From contig JBDHKD010000002.1 in the NCBI GenBank assembly GCA_039586575.1, positions 1,128 to 65,127 on the forward strand: 64,000 bases of DNA, in the 5' to 3' direction. Under the pieces are notes generated by a model. It saw nothing but the letters and a program-made list of their open reading frames with translations. It did no database searches and was not told where the DNA came from. The stretch is from Gemmatimonadota bacterium. GTDB taxonomy: Bacteria; Gemmatimonadota; Gemmatimonadetes; Palauibacterales; KS3-K002. A program made the position numbers and the translations under genes. Of the stretch, positions 47,441-56,904 are shown piece by piece (the stretch's first letter is position 1; each line of letters begins with the position of its first letter).

Positions 47441-48160
47441 CTAAATAGCGTGGCCCGCGGCGACCGCCTCGGGCAAGGACAGCAGGCCACCATAGAGAGC
47501 GCTGCCGACGACGCAGCCCGCGGCGCCGGTCTGACGTATCCGCACCACGTCGTCCACCGTCGCGACACCGCCGCCGGCGATCACGATGAAACCCTCCTGA
47601 ATGACCCGCTTCGTCAGCTCGAGGCTGGGGCCGATCAGAATGCCGTCACGCATGACGTCAGTGCAGACGACCCAGCGGACCCCAATGGTGTGCAGGCTCG
47701 CCAGCACCTGGTCCATATCCTGGCCCGCTGGCGAAACCCGTCCCTGAACGACCAAGCGATCCTCGACCAGGTCGAGTGCGGCCGCCACCTCGTCCGGGCT
47801 GTAGTGGTCGAGCAGCTTGTAGAGCAGACGCGGGTCCTCTACGGCCGCTGTGCCGAGGACGATGCGGTTGATTCCCGCCTCGAATAGCCGGTTGGCGACC
47901 GCGAAGCTGCGCACACCGCCGCCGATTTGGATCGGTACATCGACGCGGTCGCGGATACGGTAGATCCAGTCGATGTTCTTGGCGTGTCCGAGTCGAGCAC
48001 CGTCGAGGTCGACGATATGGAGTGCCTCGGCGCCCGCCTCGACGAAGTTCCGTGCCACGCCGACTGGATCGTCAGAATGGACGGTCGCCTCGTCGAAGCG
48101 ACCTTGCCGCAGGCGAACGCAGCGCCCGTCAAGGAGGTCGATGGCGGGATAGACGATCAT
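47441..48160 (-). CDS. hisA: 1-(5-phosphoribosyl)-5-[(5-phosphoribosylamino)methylideneamino]imidazole-4-carboxamide isomerase (HisA), 239 aa
   Basis: MIVYPAIDLLDGRCVRL…GGGVRS…VIAGGGVATVDDV: (beta/alpha)8 HisA signature with both catalytic Asp regions. Confidence 0.85.
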   Translation of the reverse strand: MIVYPAIDLLDGRCVRLRQGRFDEATVHSDDPVGVARNFVEAGAEALHIVDLDGARLGHAKNIDWIYRIRDRVDVPIQIGGGVRSFAVANRLFEAGINRIVLGTAAVEDPRLLYKLLDHYSPDEVAAALDLVEDRLVVQGRVSPAGQDMDQVLASLHTIGVRWVVCTDVMRDGILIGPSLELTKRVIQEGFIVIAGGGVATVDDVVRIRQTGAAGCVVGSALYGGLLSLPEAVAAGHAI

Positions 48161-48377
48161 CCGACCTCAGCACCCCTCCACCCGATGATAGCGGTCAAGC
48201 AAAAGCGGCCGTGAGGCGAACTGACTACCCCCTCACGGCCTGCTCAAGGATACCCGGCTGCAGGTCGCTGTCAAGCAGACACGCGTTACGATACACGGCC
48301 TATCGACACGAAGCGTGCCGAGCGTAGTTTCGGCGCATGGACATAGGGTGCAATGGCGAGCCGCCGGGAGGTGGGCC

Positions 48378-49022
48378 GTGCTGAGGGCCGCGGGCCTGAC
48401 GCGCCTGGTCGAGGGACGAGCGCTGGTCGAGGACGTCAGCTTCGAGGTCACACGCGGAGAGGTCGTGGCTATTACAGGGCCCAGCGGCTCCGGTAAGTCG
48501 TCGCTCCTTCGGTTGTTGAACCGTCTGGACGAGCCGACAGCGGGCACCGTCTACCTGGAAGACCGTGACTACCGGGAGGTACCACCCAGAGAACTCCGCC
48601 GTAGGGTCGGCATGCTTTTGCAGCAGCCCTACCTGTTTCCGGGCACCGTAGCGGCGAACCTCACGTTCGGCCCGGCAGCTCATCAGGAGACCTTGCCGGA
48701 GCAGACGGTCAGCGAGCTGCTCGGACGCGTCGGCTTGCCCGAGTCCGCCGGCCGCGACGTGAGCCGACTATCCGGCGGCGAGGCGCAGCGGGTCTCGCTC
48801 GCGCGAACGCTGGCCAATCGGCCGGAGATCCTGCTGCTCGACGAACCGACGTCGGCGCTTGATGAGGCTGCCAGATTGGGCGTGGAGCAGCTGATCTGTG
48901 AGATCATCAGTGACCAGGAGCTCACCTGTCTGATCGTGACGCACGACCGAGCCCAGGCGACGCGCATGGCCCGGCGCACGCTGGAGCTGCAGGCCGGCCG
49001 GCTCGTCCGTGATAACGGATAG
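48378..49022 (+). CDS. fetA: ABC transporter ATP-binding protein, FetA/YbbL-like, 214 aa
   Basis: GTG at 48378 after GGGAGG RBS; Walker A GPSGSGKSS, signature LSGGEAQR, Walker B ILLLDEPTSALD, H-loop. Confidence 0.75.
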   Translation: MLRAAGLTRLVEGRALVEDVSFEVTRGEVVAITGPSGSGKSSLLRLLNRLDEPTAGTVYLEDRDYREVPPRELRRRVGMLLQQPYLFPGTVAANLTFGPAAHQETLPEQTVSELLGRVGLPESAGRDVSRLSGGEAQRVSLARTLANRPEILLLDEPTSALDEAARLGVEQLICEIISDQELTCLIVTHDRAQATRMARRTLELQAGRLVRDNG

Positions 49023-49034
49023 AGGAGTATACGC

Positions 49035-49823
49035 ATGCTCGGCGGTTTCATCAGTGATTCGCTGCAGTTGGGACTCGCGCAGGCGGCGATATCGGCACTC
49101 CTCGCGATAGGTGTCGTCTATGTTGCGCGTCGCAATGGGATACGCCTGGAACGCGAGACGATTATTGCCCTGGTCAGGGGTTTCGTTCAGATCGTCGCGG
49201 TGGGGTCGATCCTCGTCCTCGTCTTCCAAGGCCCATCGTGGTCGAGCTCGTTCATTCTACTCTTCATGATGCTCGCCGCTGCGGTCACGGCGGCGCGCCG
49301 CGCCCAGGGGATACCGGGAGCGTTCGCGGTCTCGTTCTATGGGATCGCCGGCGGTGCGGGGATCGTGATCGCCGCTATGACCGTCTTGGGTGTGATCGAT
49401 CCGAGGATGGCTTCGCTCATTCCCGTGGGCAGCATGATCATCGCCAGCGCGATGAACTCGGTGGCGCTGGCCTTGGAGCGCTTCCGCTCAGAACTCGCCG
49501 GCAATGTCGGTTTTGTCGAGGCCGGCCTGGCACTCGGTGCGGCGCCGAGTCGGGTCGTCGCGCCGTACGTTCAAGCTGCGGTGCGCGCCGCCATGATCCC
49601 GCGCATCGATACGTTGCGCGCGCTGGGAATTGTATGGATCCCCGGGCTGATGGCGGGGATGGTGCTGGCAGGCAGCGACCCCGTCTATGCCGCCATCTAC
49701 CAGTTCGTTGTGGTGGCGATGATCGTCGCTGCCTCGGGCTTGTCCTCGACGATTTCCACGCTGTTGATCCGAGGGCGAGCGTTCTCAGCGGCCGAGCAGC
49801 TCTTGATCGGCGCTTCGGCGTAG
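49035..49823 (+). CDS. fetB: ABC transporter permease, FetB/YbbM (UPF0014) family, 262 aa
   Basis: ATG 12 nt after fetA stop with AGAGGAG RBS; about 7 TM helices; family pattern (…ALVRGFVQIVAVGSIL…GIAGGAGIVIAAM…IPGLMAGMVLAGSDPVYAAIYQ…). Confidence 0.7.
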   Translation: MLGGFISDSLQLGLAQAAISALLAIGVVYVARRNGIRLERETIIALVRGFVQIVAVGSILVLVFQGPSWSSSFILLFMMLAAAVTAARRAQGIPGAFAVSFYGIAGGAGIVIAAMTVLGVIDPRMASLIPVGSMIIASAMNSVALALERFRSELAGNVGFVEAGLALGAAPSRVVAPYVQAAVRAAMIPRIDTLRALGIVWIPGLMAGMVLAGSDPVYAAIYQFVVVAMIVAASGLSSTISTLLIRGRAFSAAEQLLIGASA

Positions 49824-49909
49824 CGGGATATGGGGGCGGTGTAGTGTACCGGGGCGCGAGCGGCCGACCTATAATGGATAGTTCACCGATCTGCCGCGGA
49901 GGGTAACGG

Positions 49910-51439
49910 ATGCTGGAGATCGACGGCCATAGCCTGGGCCTGGAGGATGTGGGCCGCGTCGCCTACGGGCGGGAGTCGGAGGTGAGACTTTCCGGTGCCG
50001 CAGCCAGCGCCATCGACGCGTCACGCGAGGTGGTAGAGCGCGCGTTGGATCAGAGCGAGCCGGTATACGGTGTGACGACGGGGTTCGGTCGGCTCGCGGA
50101 GGTACTGATTCCGCCGGCACAGCGCATGGAGCTGCAGGAGAACCTGATTCGAAGCCACGCGAGCGGGTTTGGGCGCCGACTGGGCCGTGAAATCACCCGC
50201 GCCGTCCTTCTGTTGCGTGCTAATTCGCTGGCGCGTGGCAATTCCGGCGTGCGACGCGAAGTCGTGGAATTGCTGCTGGAGATGCTGCGCCGCGGTATCG
50301 AACCGGTGATTCCCGAGTTCGGCTCGGTCGGGGCGAGCGGTGACCTCGCCCCTCTGGCGCACGTTGCCGTCTGCCTCTTGGGGGAAGGGCTGGTGCATGG
50401 CGAGCCCGACCCGATCCCGGCCGCGGAAGCTCTTGCAAAGGCCGGACTCGAGCCGCTGCGGCTTCGCGAGAAAGAGGGTCTGGCCTTGATCAACGGGACC
50501 CAGGCCACGACCGCACAGGGCGTCCTCGCTCTCCTGCAGGCGGAAGCCGCGGTCGATACGGCCGAGCTGGCCGGTGCGATGTCGCTGGAGGCGCTGAAAG
50601 GGACTCCCGCGCCTTTCGATGAGCGCGTGCATGCCAGCCGGCCACACCCGGGTCAGGCGGCGAGCGCCGCGCGGCTTCGTGCGCTGCTGGCCGAGAGCGA
50701 GATCCGCGAGTCGCACCGTCACGGTGACCCGCGTGTCCACGATGCCTACTCGCTTCGCTGCATGCCGCAGGTCCATGGAGCGGCGCGCGATGTGCTGGCA
50801 TTCGTGCGACGCGTCCTCGAGATCGAGATCAACAGTTCGACCGACAATCCGCTGGTCTTCTCCGATCCGGGCGAGATCGTCAGCGCGGGCAATTTCCACG
50901 CACAGCTCATCTCGGAGGCGCTCGACTTTCTCACGATCGCCTGCACCGACCTGGCCTCGATCAGCCAGCAGCGCGTCGAGCGTATGCTGAACCCCGACCT
51001 CTCCGGACTGCCGGCCTTCCTTGCCAGAGATCCGGGGGTCGAGTCGGGTTTCATGACCGCTCAAATCGCTGTCGTCGATGTGCTATCCGAGATGCGGGTG
51101 CTGTCGCACCCGGCGAGCGTCGATTCGGTCACCACCAGCGCCAACAAGGAGGACCACGTCTCCATGGGCATGGCGGCGGCCAGAAAGGCTTGCCGCACGG
51201 TCGATTGTCTGACTTACGTCCTGGCGGTCGAGCTGATGTGCGCCGCGCAGGCGCTCGAGTTCCTGAAGCCTCTGGCACCCGGTCTCGGCGCCGCCGCTGG
51301 CTACCAGCTCGTCAGAACGCATGTTCAGCCGCTGGATGGAGATCGGGTGCTGGGTCCTGATATCGAGCGACTGCGCGAGGTGGTGAGGAGCGGGGCGTTC
51401 CAGGAGATCGTTCAGGGCTTTAGCGCGCGCACGACCTGA
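49910..51439 (+). CDS. hutH: Histidine ammonia-lyase (MIO-dependent), 509 aa
   Basis: MIO-forming triad in GSVGASGDLAPLAHV; HAL-type selectivity dipeptide context (…NLIRSHASGFG…, Ser-His); full-length lyase fold. Confidence 0.85.
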   Translation: MLEIDGHSLGLEDVGRVAYGRESEVRLSGAAASAIDASREVVERALDQSEPVYGVTTGFGRLAEVLIPPAQRMELQENLIRSHASGFGRRLGREITRAVLLLRANSLARGNSGVRREVVELLLEMLRRGIEPVIPEFGSVGASGDLAPLAHVAVCLLGEGLVHGEPDPIPAAEALAKAGLEPLRLREKEGLALINGTQATTAQGVLALLQAEAAVDTAELAGAMSLEALKGTPAPFDERVHASRPHPGQAASAARLRALLAESEIRESHRHGDPRVHDAYSLRCMPQVHGAARDVLAFVRRVLEIEINSSTDNPLVFSDPGEIVSAGNFHAQLISEALDFLTIACTDLASISQQRVERMLNPDLSGLPAFLARDPGVESGFMTAQIAVVDVLSEMRVLSHPASVDSVTTSANKEDHVSMGMAAARKACRTVDCLTYVLAVELMCAAQALEFLKPLAPGLGAAAGYQLVRTHVQPLDGDRVLGPDIERLREVVRSGAFQEIVQGFSARTT

Positions 51440-51512
51440 AACGGTGTTCTCGTCGCCGCCGTAGGGAGACGTAGGACTTCGGGAAGCCGGGCACTCGGGC
51501 AAGGTACGACGA

Positions 51513-51773
51513 ATGGGCGTCATCTCTTGGATCATCTTCGGGTTAATCGCCGGGACCGTGGCGCGGTTGGTTCATCCCGGTCGTGATCCCGGTGGCTGCC
51601 TGGTCACGATCGCGCTGGGTATCGGCGGCGCTTTCGTCGGCGGTTACATCGGCACCCGGCTGGGTTGGGGCGAGGTGACCGGGTTCGACTTGCGCTCGCT
51701 CGGCTTGGCCGTACTCGGCGCGCTGGTCTTGCTGATCGCTTTCCGCCTGCTGTTCGGCAAACCCCGCCGCTGA
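51513..51773 (+). CDS. GlsB/YeaQ/YmgE family stress-response membrane protein (transglycosylase-associated), 86 aa
   Basis: Signature MGVISWIIFGLIAGTVARLVHPG…GCLVTIALGIGGAFVGGYIG, three short TM segments. Confidence 0.75.
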   Translation: MGVISWIIFGLIAGTVARLVHPGRDPGGCLVTIALGIGGAFVGGYIGTRLGWGEVTGFDLRSLGLAVLGALVLLIAFRLLFGKPRR

Positions 51774-51891
51774 GTCTCAGCCCTCCGTACAGCTGTCGCC
51801 CACTCACGCTTTGATAGCTGCCGTGTAGTGCGGTAGATTGTCCCCCACGACCGGGAACTCACTTCCCACCCACGAGAGTCCGGACATTCCC

Positions 51892-53871
51892 ATGCCTGAG
51901 GAAGAACGCAACCGTCTGCTGCAACGCTTGGAAGCGTTGGAGCGTCAGGCGCAGCGCTTCGATATCGAGCTGAGGCGCCTGCGGCATGACGTAGAGCGCC
52001 ACAGCACCAGCCCCGCAGTCGCGGAAGTCAGGGCGCCCGGCCTTCGGGCCCGCGAGGCGGTGCCCCCGGAACCTCCTCCGACGCCGGCTCCGGTCGCCGG
52101 CGTGTCGGACGAGCCGCGCCGGCGGCGGGCAGTCGAAATCGAGTTCTGGCTCGGCGGGCGTGGTCTGCTACTGCTCGGTGTCCTCGCTCTCGTCTTCTCC
52201 GTCGGGTTCTTCGTCAAGGAAGCGATCGAGAGAGGCTGGATCGGTCCGGCTGTGCGAGTGCTCCTCGGCATCGCCGTCGGCATGGCGGCCGTGGGTGTGG
52301 GAGAGCGACTACGGGCCGTCGGATACCGGACCTACGGGCTCTGGCTCGCCGCCGGCGGCTTCGGCGCCATCTACCTCAGCATCTGGGCGGCCGCGGCGCT
52401 CTATGCGCTCGTGCCCGCCGCGTGGGGCTTTCTTCTAATGGTTGCGGTCGTCGTTGCGGCGGCCGCCTTGGGGCTGCTCCGCGCCTCCGAGTCCTTCGTC
52501 GCTTTGGCTGCGTTCGCTGGCTACCTGGCGCCGCTGCTGATACAGGTCGATACCGCCTCCAACCTCTTCGCCCTCGGCTACCTCGGTCTCCTCTCCGGCG
52601 CCGGCCTCTGGGTCTCCTTCCGGGCGCGCTGGCAGGGGCTGGCGGCGGTCGCCGTTCTCGGCGGCTCGCTGCTCTCGCTGACCGGTGTCGGTGACCCTTA
52701 TCTGCACGGGGCCTATCTGGCGATACTGGTCACGGCGGCGATGGTCGTCGCCAGGCTGAGACACTGGCCCGAGGTATCGCTCCTGACGATCGCACTCGGT
52801 TGGACCGTTCTGGCGGCCGGGCACGGGAGGTGGGAGCTGACCGGGCTCAAGCTCTCGTCCCACGCCGCCTGGCTGTGGTTAGCCAACCTCATCGGGTCGG
52901 TCGGTGTGACTGCCGGGTACAGGCCCGAGGCGGCTGATAGCAAGTCGTGGGTGGCCGCCGACACGCGCCAGTCGTTCGCCGAGGTGAGTGGTCTGGCGGT
53001 CACGCTCTTACCGCCCTGGTTGTTCCTGATCCTCGCGATGGCCGGGCTGGGCGATTCGACCTACAGCGGGTCGCGCGACGTTGTAGGGTTCGCTTTGGGT
53101 ATCTTCACCGGCGCCGTCTACCTCACCCAGTCGATCCTGATCCGCGCCGATGGCGAGCCACGGCGTTGGCCCTGGGCTGTATACCTCGGATACGCCCTCT
53201 GGATCGTGGCGCCTTGGATACTCTGGGACGGTGCTTCGTTGGCCCGGGTCTGGTTGCTCGAGGGCGCCGTACTCACCGGCGCCGGCGTCGCTCTGAGGTC
53301 CCTGGAAGCACGCTCAGCTGGCCTGGCTGCCTTCGCAGTCGCTGCCTTGACGTACTCGGCTGCAGCGGTCAACCGTCCGGATCTCGATCCGGCCTTCTTC
53401 AGCGTGTGGGCGCTCACCGGTCTCGCCTCCGCGATCGCGCTCGCCGCCTGGGGGCTGGCTCTCGAGCTGCTGGATGAACCCGCGGCCTGGGAAATCGGCC
53501 TCCGACCCGTCCTGATGCTGTTCTCCGCTCTCCTGTTCCTGAGTTGGGGAACGCTGGAGATCCAGCGGTTCTTCGAGCTGCTCGCTGATGATGGCCGCTG
53601 GAATCTCGCCCGCGACCTCTCGATCAGCGGATTCTGGATCGCTTACGCCGTCGCGCTGCTCACCGCTGGCTTTTGGCTGAAGCGCGCTCCCGTGCGTTGG
53701 GCCGGCCTCGTCATGGCGCTCATCGCTGCCGCCAAGGTCTTCCTTTATGACCTGTCGCAGCTCTCCCAGTTGTATCGCATTCTCAGCTTCGTGCTGCTTG
53801 CGGTGGTTCTGCTGGCGCTCTCGTTCCGCTACCAGAAGCTCCGCCGGACCGAGGAGGAACCGAAGTCCTAG
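51892..53871 (+). CDS. DUF2339-like large polytopic membrane protein with N-terminal coiled coil, about 660 aa
   Basis: N-terminal coiled coil (LLQRLEALERQAQRFDIELRRLRHDVER), then about 15-18 hydrophobic helices; ATG at 51892 preferred over TTG at 51838. Confidence 0.55.
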   Translation: MPEEERNRLLQRLEALERQAQRFDIELRRLRHDVERHSTSPAVAEVRAPGLRAREAVPPEPPPTPAPVAGVSDEPRRRRAVEIEFWLGGRGLLLLGVLALVFSVGFFVKEAIERGWIGPAVRVLLGIAVGMAAVGVGERLRAVGYRTYGLWLAAGGFGAIYLSIWAAAALYALVPAAWGFLLMVAVVVAAAALGLLRASESFVALAAFAGYLAPLLIQVDTASNLFALGYLGLLSGAGLWVSFRARWQGLAAVAVLGGSLLSLTGVGDPYLHGAYLAILVTAAMVVARLRHWPEVSLLTIALGWTVLAAGHGRWELTGLKLSSHAAWLWLANLIGSVGVTAGYRPEAADSKSWVAADTRQSFAEVSGLAVTLLPPWLFLILAMAGLGDSTYSGSRDVVGFALGIFTGAVYLTQSILIRADGEPRRWPWAVYLGYALWIVAPWILWDGASLARVWLLEGAVLTGAGVALRSLEARSAGLAAFAVAALTYSAAAVNRPDLDPAFFSVWALTGLASAIALAAWGLALELLDEPAAWEIGLRPVLMLFSALLFLSWGTLEIQRFFELLADDGRWNLARDLSISGFWIAYAVALLTAGFWLKRAPVRWAGLVMALIAAAKVFLYDLSQLSQLYRILSFVLLAVVLLALSFRYQKLRRTEEEPKS

Positions 53872-54066
53872 CCAAGAGCTGAACAGCGACCTGCGCGAAG
53901 GAGCTTCGAGCCAGCTAACGCACTACATATCATAGCGTTATCGATCCGATCCGCCTGCGGGCGCCAGCCCACCGCGTCGGTAAACATTTTACGTCAAAAT
54001 GAAAACAGTAATCGGTCAGTATGTCCGGGCCGATCGTAAGTCGTTGTCGCGTCGTCCGCTCTTCGT

Positions 54067-54082
54067 TGGCACGAAGATGGCA
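54067..54082 (+). promoter_or_regulatory. Possible sigma-54 -24/-12-like element TGGCAC-GAAGA-TGGCA, embedded in CTTCG/CGAAG/CTTCG inverted repeats
   Basis: GG-N10-GC spacing correct, 58 nt upstream of the first pilin gene; one mismatch to consensus TTGCA in the -12 box. Confidence 0.25.
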
Positions 54083-54139
54083 CTTCGCCCGATGCCCAGA
54101 CCCGCCTCACACGTTGGCGAAAGAAGCGTAGAGGTAACC

Positions 54140-54565
54140 ATGACGACGCTTGCATGTAAGCGCGGTTACACGATGGTCGACATGGCCGTCGTCCTGCTGC
54201 TGATCGGGGCCGCTATGGGCACGACCGGGCCCCTGAGCCGGCGGATGGTCGCGCTGTACCAGCTGAACACGTCGGCGCAGACGTTGGCGGCGGATCTGTC
54301 ACAGGCTCAGATCCGGGCGATCCAGTCGAACGCGATGGCGGCCGTGACACGGGAATCGCATCGGGACTACCGGGTGGCGGGGTATCCGCGGCGGCTGCCG
54401 GGGATGGTGCGGTTCGATGGTGAGAGCGCCGAGTCGGTGACGTTCAACGGCTTAGGCGCGATGAGCGACGGAGCCACGCACCGGTTTATCCTGACCAACC
54501 TGTTCGGAGAGTCGCGAGAGATCGTGGTGTACGCGGCCGGAGGACACGAGGTACGCAAGCTGTGA
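54140..54565 (+). CDS. Type IV pilin-like protein, GspH/FimT-type pseudopilin, 141 aa
   Basis: Class III signal: MTTLACKRG|YTMVDMAVVLLLIGAAMG (Asp at +5); GspH-like body (…LSQAQIRAIQSNAM…); GAGGTAA RBS. Confidence 0.6.
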   Translation: MTTLACKRGYTMVDMAVVLLLIGAAMGTTGPLSRRMVALYQLNTSAQTLAADLSQAQIRAIQSNAMAAVTRESHRDYRVAGYPRRLPGMVRFDGESAESVTFNGLGAMSDGATHRFILTNLFGESREIVVYAAGGHEVRKL

Positions 54566-54966
54566 GGACTAGTGGATTCAGTCTGGTCGAATTGATGGTC
54601 GCGCTGGTGATCTTCGCCTTTGGCGTGCTGGCCGGCGTGGCGCTCTTGGGTTCCGGCTACCGTTGGGAGGGGCAGGCCGAGCTGGAGACGCAGATTACGG
54701 TTGCGGCTGAGATGAAGATCGAGGAACTGAAAGCGGTGGCCGGGACCAACCTTCCGGATACGGTACAGCTGGTCCCGGGTGGGAACCTCGAATCGAACGA
54801 GAGCGGATACTGGGACACAGCCGATGTAGACGGACGGATCTTCACTCGACGCTGGCGGGTCCAGGCAGGGCCGGCGGGGACAAGGCAAGTGACGGTAAGG
54901 GTACTGCCCTTGGATCCGCCCGCGGCGGGTGAAGCCGAGATTTGGACGCATATCCTCCATGAGTAA
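54562..54966 (+). CDS. Type IV minor pilin PilV-like, 134 aa
   Basis: MRTSG|FSLVELMVALVIFAFG canonical prepilin motif with Glu+5; ATGA overlap with upstream gene. Confidence 0.6.
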   Translation: MRTSGFSLVELMVALVIFAFGVLAGVALLGSGYRWEGQAELETQITVAAEMKIEELKAVAGTNLPDTVQLVPGGNLESNESGYWDTADVDGRIFTRRWRVQAGPAGTRQVTVRVLPLDPPAAGEAEIWTHILHE

Positions 54967-55567
54967 CCAGGGTGCGACGAACCGCATGCGGAGCTCGGCG
55001 GCTGGCTTCAGCACGATCGGCATGATCGTGGCGATCATGTTGCTCGGTCTGATGCTGGCGCCGATGCTCGGAACGATCGTCAGCGCACAGCGTGGCTTCG
55101 TGGCGAGCCGGGATCGGGCACGTGCGGCCGGCAGCGTGCGCTACGCACACCTCTCGTTGACCCGGTTCATGCGCCTGGCCGGCAGCAGCCCGCTGGGCTT
55201 GCCGCTGCCGGGTATCGATCCCGATCCGGATGGCGATGGCGTGTTCAACGACGTTCGCCTGCGCTCGGACTACAACCCGCCGGATGGTGACATCGATGAT
55301 CCGGGCGAAGACCTGACTTTCTTTCTGCGCGCCGACACGATGTACGTGAAGACGGGAGCCGGCGACACGGAAGAGCCTTACCTGATCGGCGTCGACTCGC
55401 TGGCCTTCGACTACTTCGACCGCGACGGCGCGCTGATCGTCGATCCGAGTCGTGTGCCGACGCGTGCTATCTCCGCCAGCGTGACCATCCGCGGACGGGG
55501 CGACCGGTACGTTGATCCGTCGGAGCGCACCCTGGCCGGGCTTGTCCGCCTGCGAAACGGGAAGTGA
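54959..55567 (+). CDS. Type IV minor pilin PilW-like (Gly at +5 instead of Glu), 202 aa
   Basis: …RSSAAG|FSTIGMIVAIMLLGLML prepilin-like leader and helix; ATGAGTAA overlap with upstream gene. Confidence 0.5.
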   Translation: MSNQGATNRMRSSAAGFSTIGMIVAIMLLGLMLAPMLGTIVSAQRGFVASRDRARAAGSVRYAHLSLTRFMRLAGSSPLGLPLPGIDPDPDGDGVFNDVRLRSDYNPPDGDIDDPGEDLTFFLRADTMYVKTGAGDTEEPYLIGVDSLAFDYFDRDGALIVDPSRVPTRAISASVTIRGRGDRYVDPSERTLAGLVRLRNGK

Positions 55568-56877
55568 TGGCTATGCGGAACCCACTGCGATCGAACCAAT
55601 CGGGAATGGCGTTGCTGGCGGTGCTGCTGGCCATGGCCCTGCTCACCGCGTTGGGTGCGGCACTCACCGCCGTGGGGATCGTCGAATTCCGCGCCGCCAA
55701 GAATCACCGCTCGGCCGCCCGTGCTCTGCTGCTGGCCGACGCCGGCGCCACCCATGCGCTGGCGCTCATGCGTGGTCCGATGGCCGTCTACAGCTACTCC
55801 GACGTGCTGATCGGCGCGGATGGGGTGGCGGACACCGAGGATGACGGGATCTTCTCCGGGTACGCGCTGGACGCGGCCGACGCGCTGCCGGACACGGGCA
55901 TCCTGCTGGGTGATGGCCGCTACTACGTGCGGATCGTGAACGACGATGGGGATCCCAGCGGTGATCCCTACGACGACGACAATCACCGCTTCGTGGCGCT
56001 CTGCCGCGGCGAGACCCCCGACGGCGGGATGGCGGAAGTGCGGGTCATGCTGGCCGCGCCGAGTTACCCGGCCATCGCGACGAACGGCACGCTGTACCTC
56101 CCGGGCAACCCCGAGGTTCTCGGGCCCTGTGGCGGCGTGCACGCCAACCGGGTCGTTTCGGTCAGCGGGCACCCGGTGGTGAGCGCCGGTGTGACGGCCA
56201 GCGATACGGTCATCGTGAGCGGAACGATCTACGATCCCTATGGCAACGTCGTGCAGCCGGAGTATGCGCCACCGGTGGAACTCCCCTACTATGATCCGCT
56301 CGACTATTGCCAGGATGCCGACTACCGCCTCAAGAACAACAAGCTGATCGTGGTGGGGCCGCCGCAGAGCGAGTACACTCTCGGCAAGGTGCTCGGTTGG
56401 CAGTTCGTGGCGTCGACCTGGACGTACGAGCTGAACGGCAATGAGGCTGTCGGGGGCAAGTACTGTGTCCAGGGCAACGTGCAGATCGTCGGCAACCTGG
56501 GTGAGCCGGGCAATCCGCTCGATATCACCATAATCGCCACGGGCTCGATCCAGGTGGGCGGCGTGCCGATCATCGAGCCCGCCCACGACGGCGAGATCCT
56601 GTTGCTCGCTGGCGGCGACGTACAGATCGGCGGCACGACGACGGCAAAGCGATCGCCCTACTACGCGGGCCTCATCTACGCCGGCAGCCAGTGCCAGGTG
56701 GGCGGTACGCCGGTCGTCGACGGCAACGTCCTGTGCTACGATGCGCAGGACCCGGAAGGTGCCGTAGACCTCTTCGACGAGAACAAGATCAACGGGACTC
56801 CCAGGATCTCCGCCGATTGCTCTGGGGAGCGGCGGCGCACGCTCGTCGCGTCCTGGTGGGAGTCGCGCACGTCGTAG
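55567..56877 (+). CDS. PilX_N-domain minor pilin with about 300-aa Cys-containing, Gly-rich repeat extension, 436 aa
   Basis: …NQSG|MALLAVLLAMALLTALGAAL (PilX N-terminal pattern); C-terminal region with repeats GNVQIVGNLG / GSIQVGGVPI / GDVQIGGTT and 7 Cys; TGATG overlap with PilW-like gene. Confidence 0.6.
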   Translation: MAMRNPLRSNQSGMALLAVLLAMALLTALGAALTAVGIVEFRAAKNHRSAARALLLADAGATHALALMRGPMAVYSYSDVLIGADGVADTEDDGIFSGYALDAADALPDTGILLGDGRYYVRIVNDDGDPSGDPYDDDNHRFVALCRGETPDGGMAEVRVMLAAPSYPAIATNGTLYLPGNPEVLGPCGGVHANRVVSVSGHPVVSAGVTASDTVIVSGTIYDPYGNVVQPEYAPPVELPYYDPLDYCQDADYRLKNNKLIVVGPPQSEYTLGKVLGWQFVASTWTYELNGNEAVGGKYCVQGNVQIVGNLGEPGNPLDITIIATGSIQVGGVPIIEPAHDGEILLLAGGDVQIGGTTTAKRSPYYAGLIYAGSQCQVGGTPVVDGNVLCYDAQDPEGAVDLFDENKINGTPRISADCSGERRRTLVASWWESRTS

Positions 56878-56904
56878 ATCGGATCCCAGACAGGACGACC
56901 CCCG

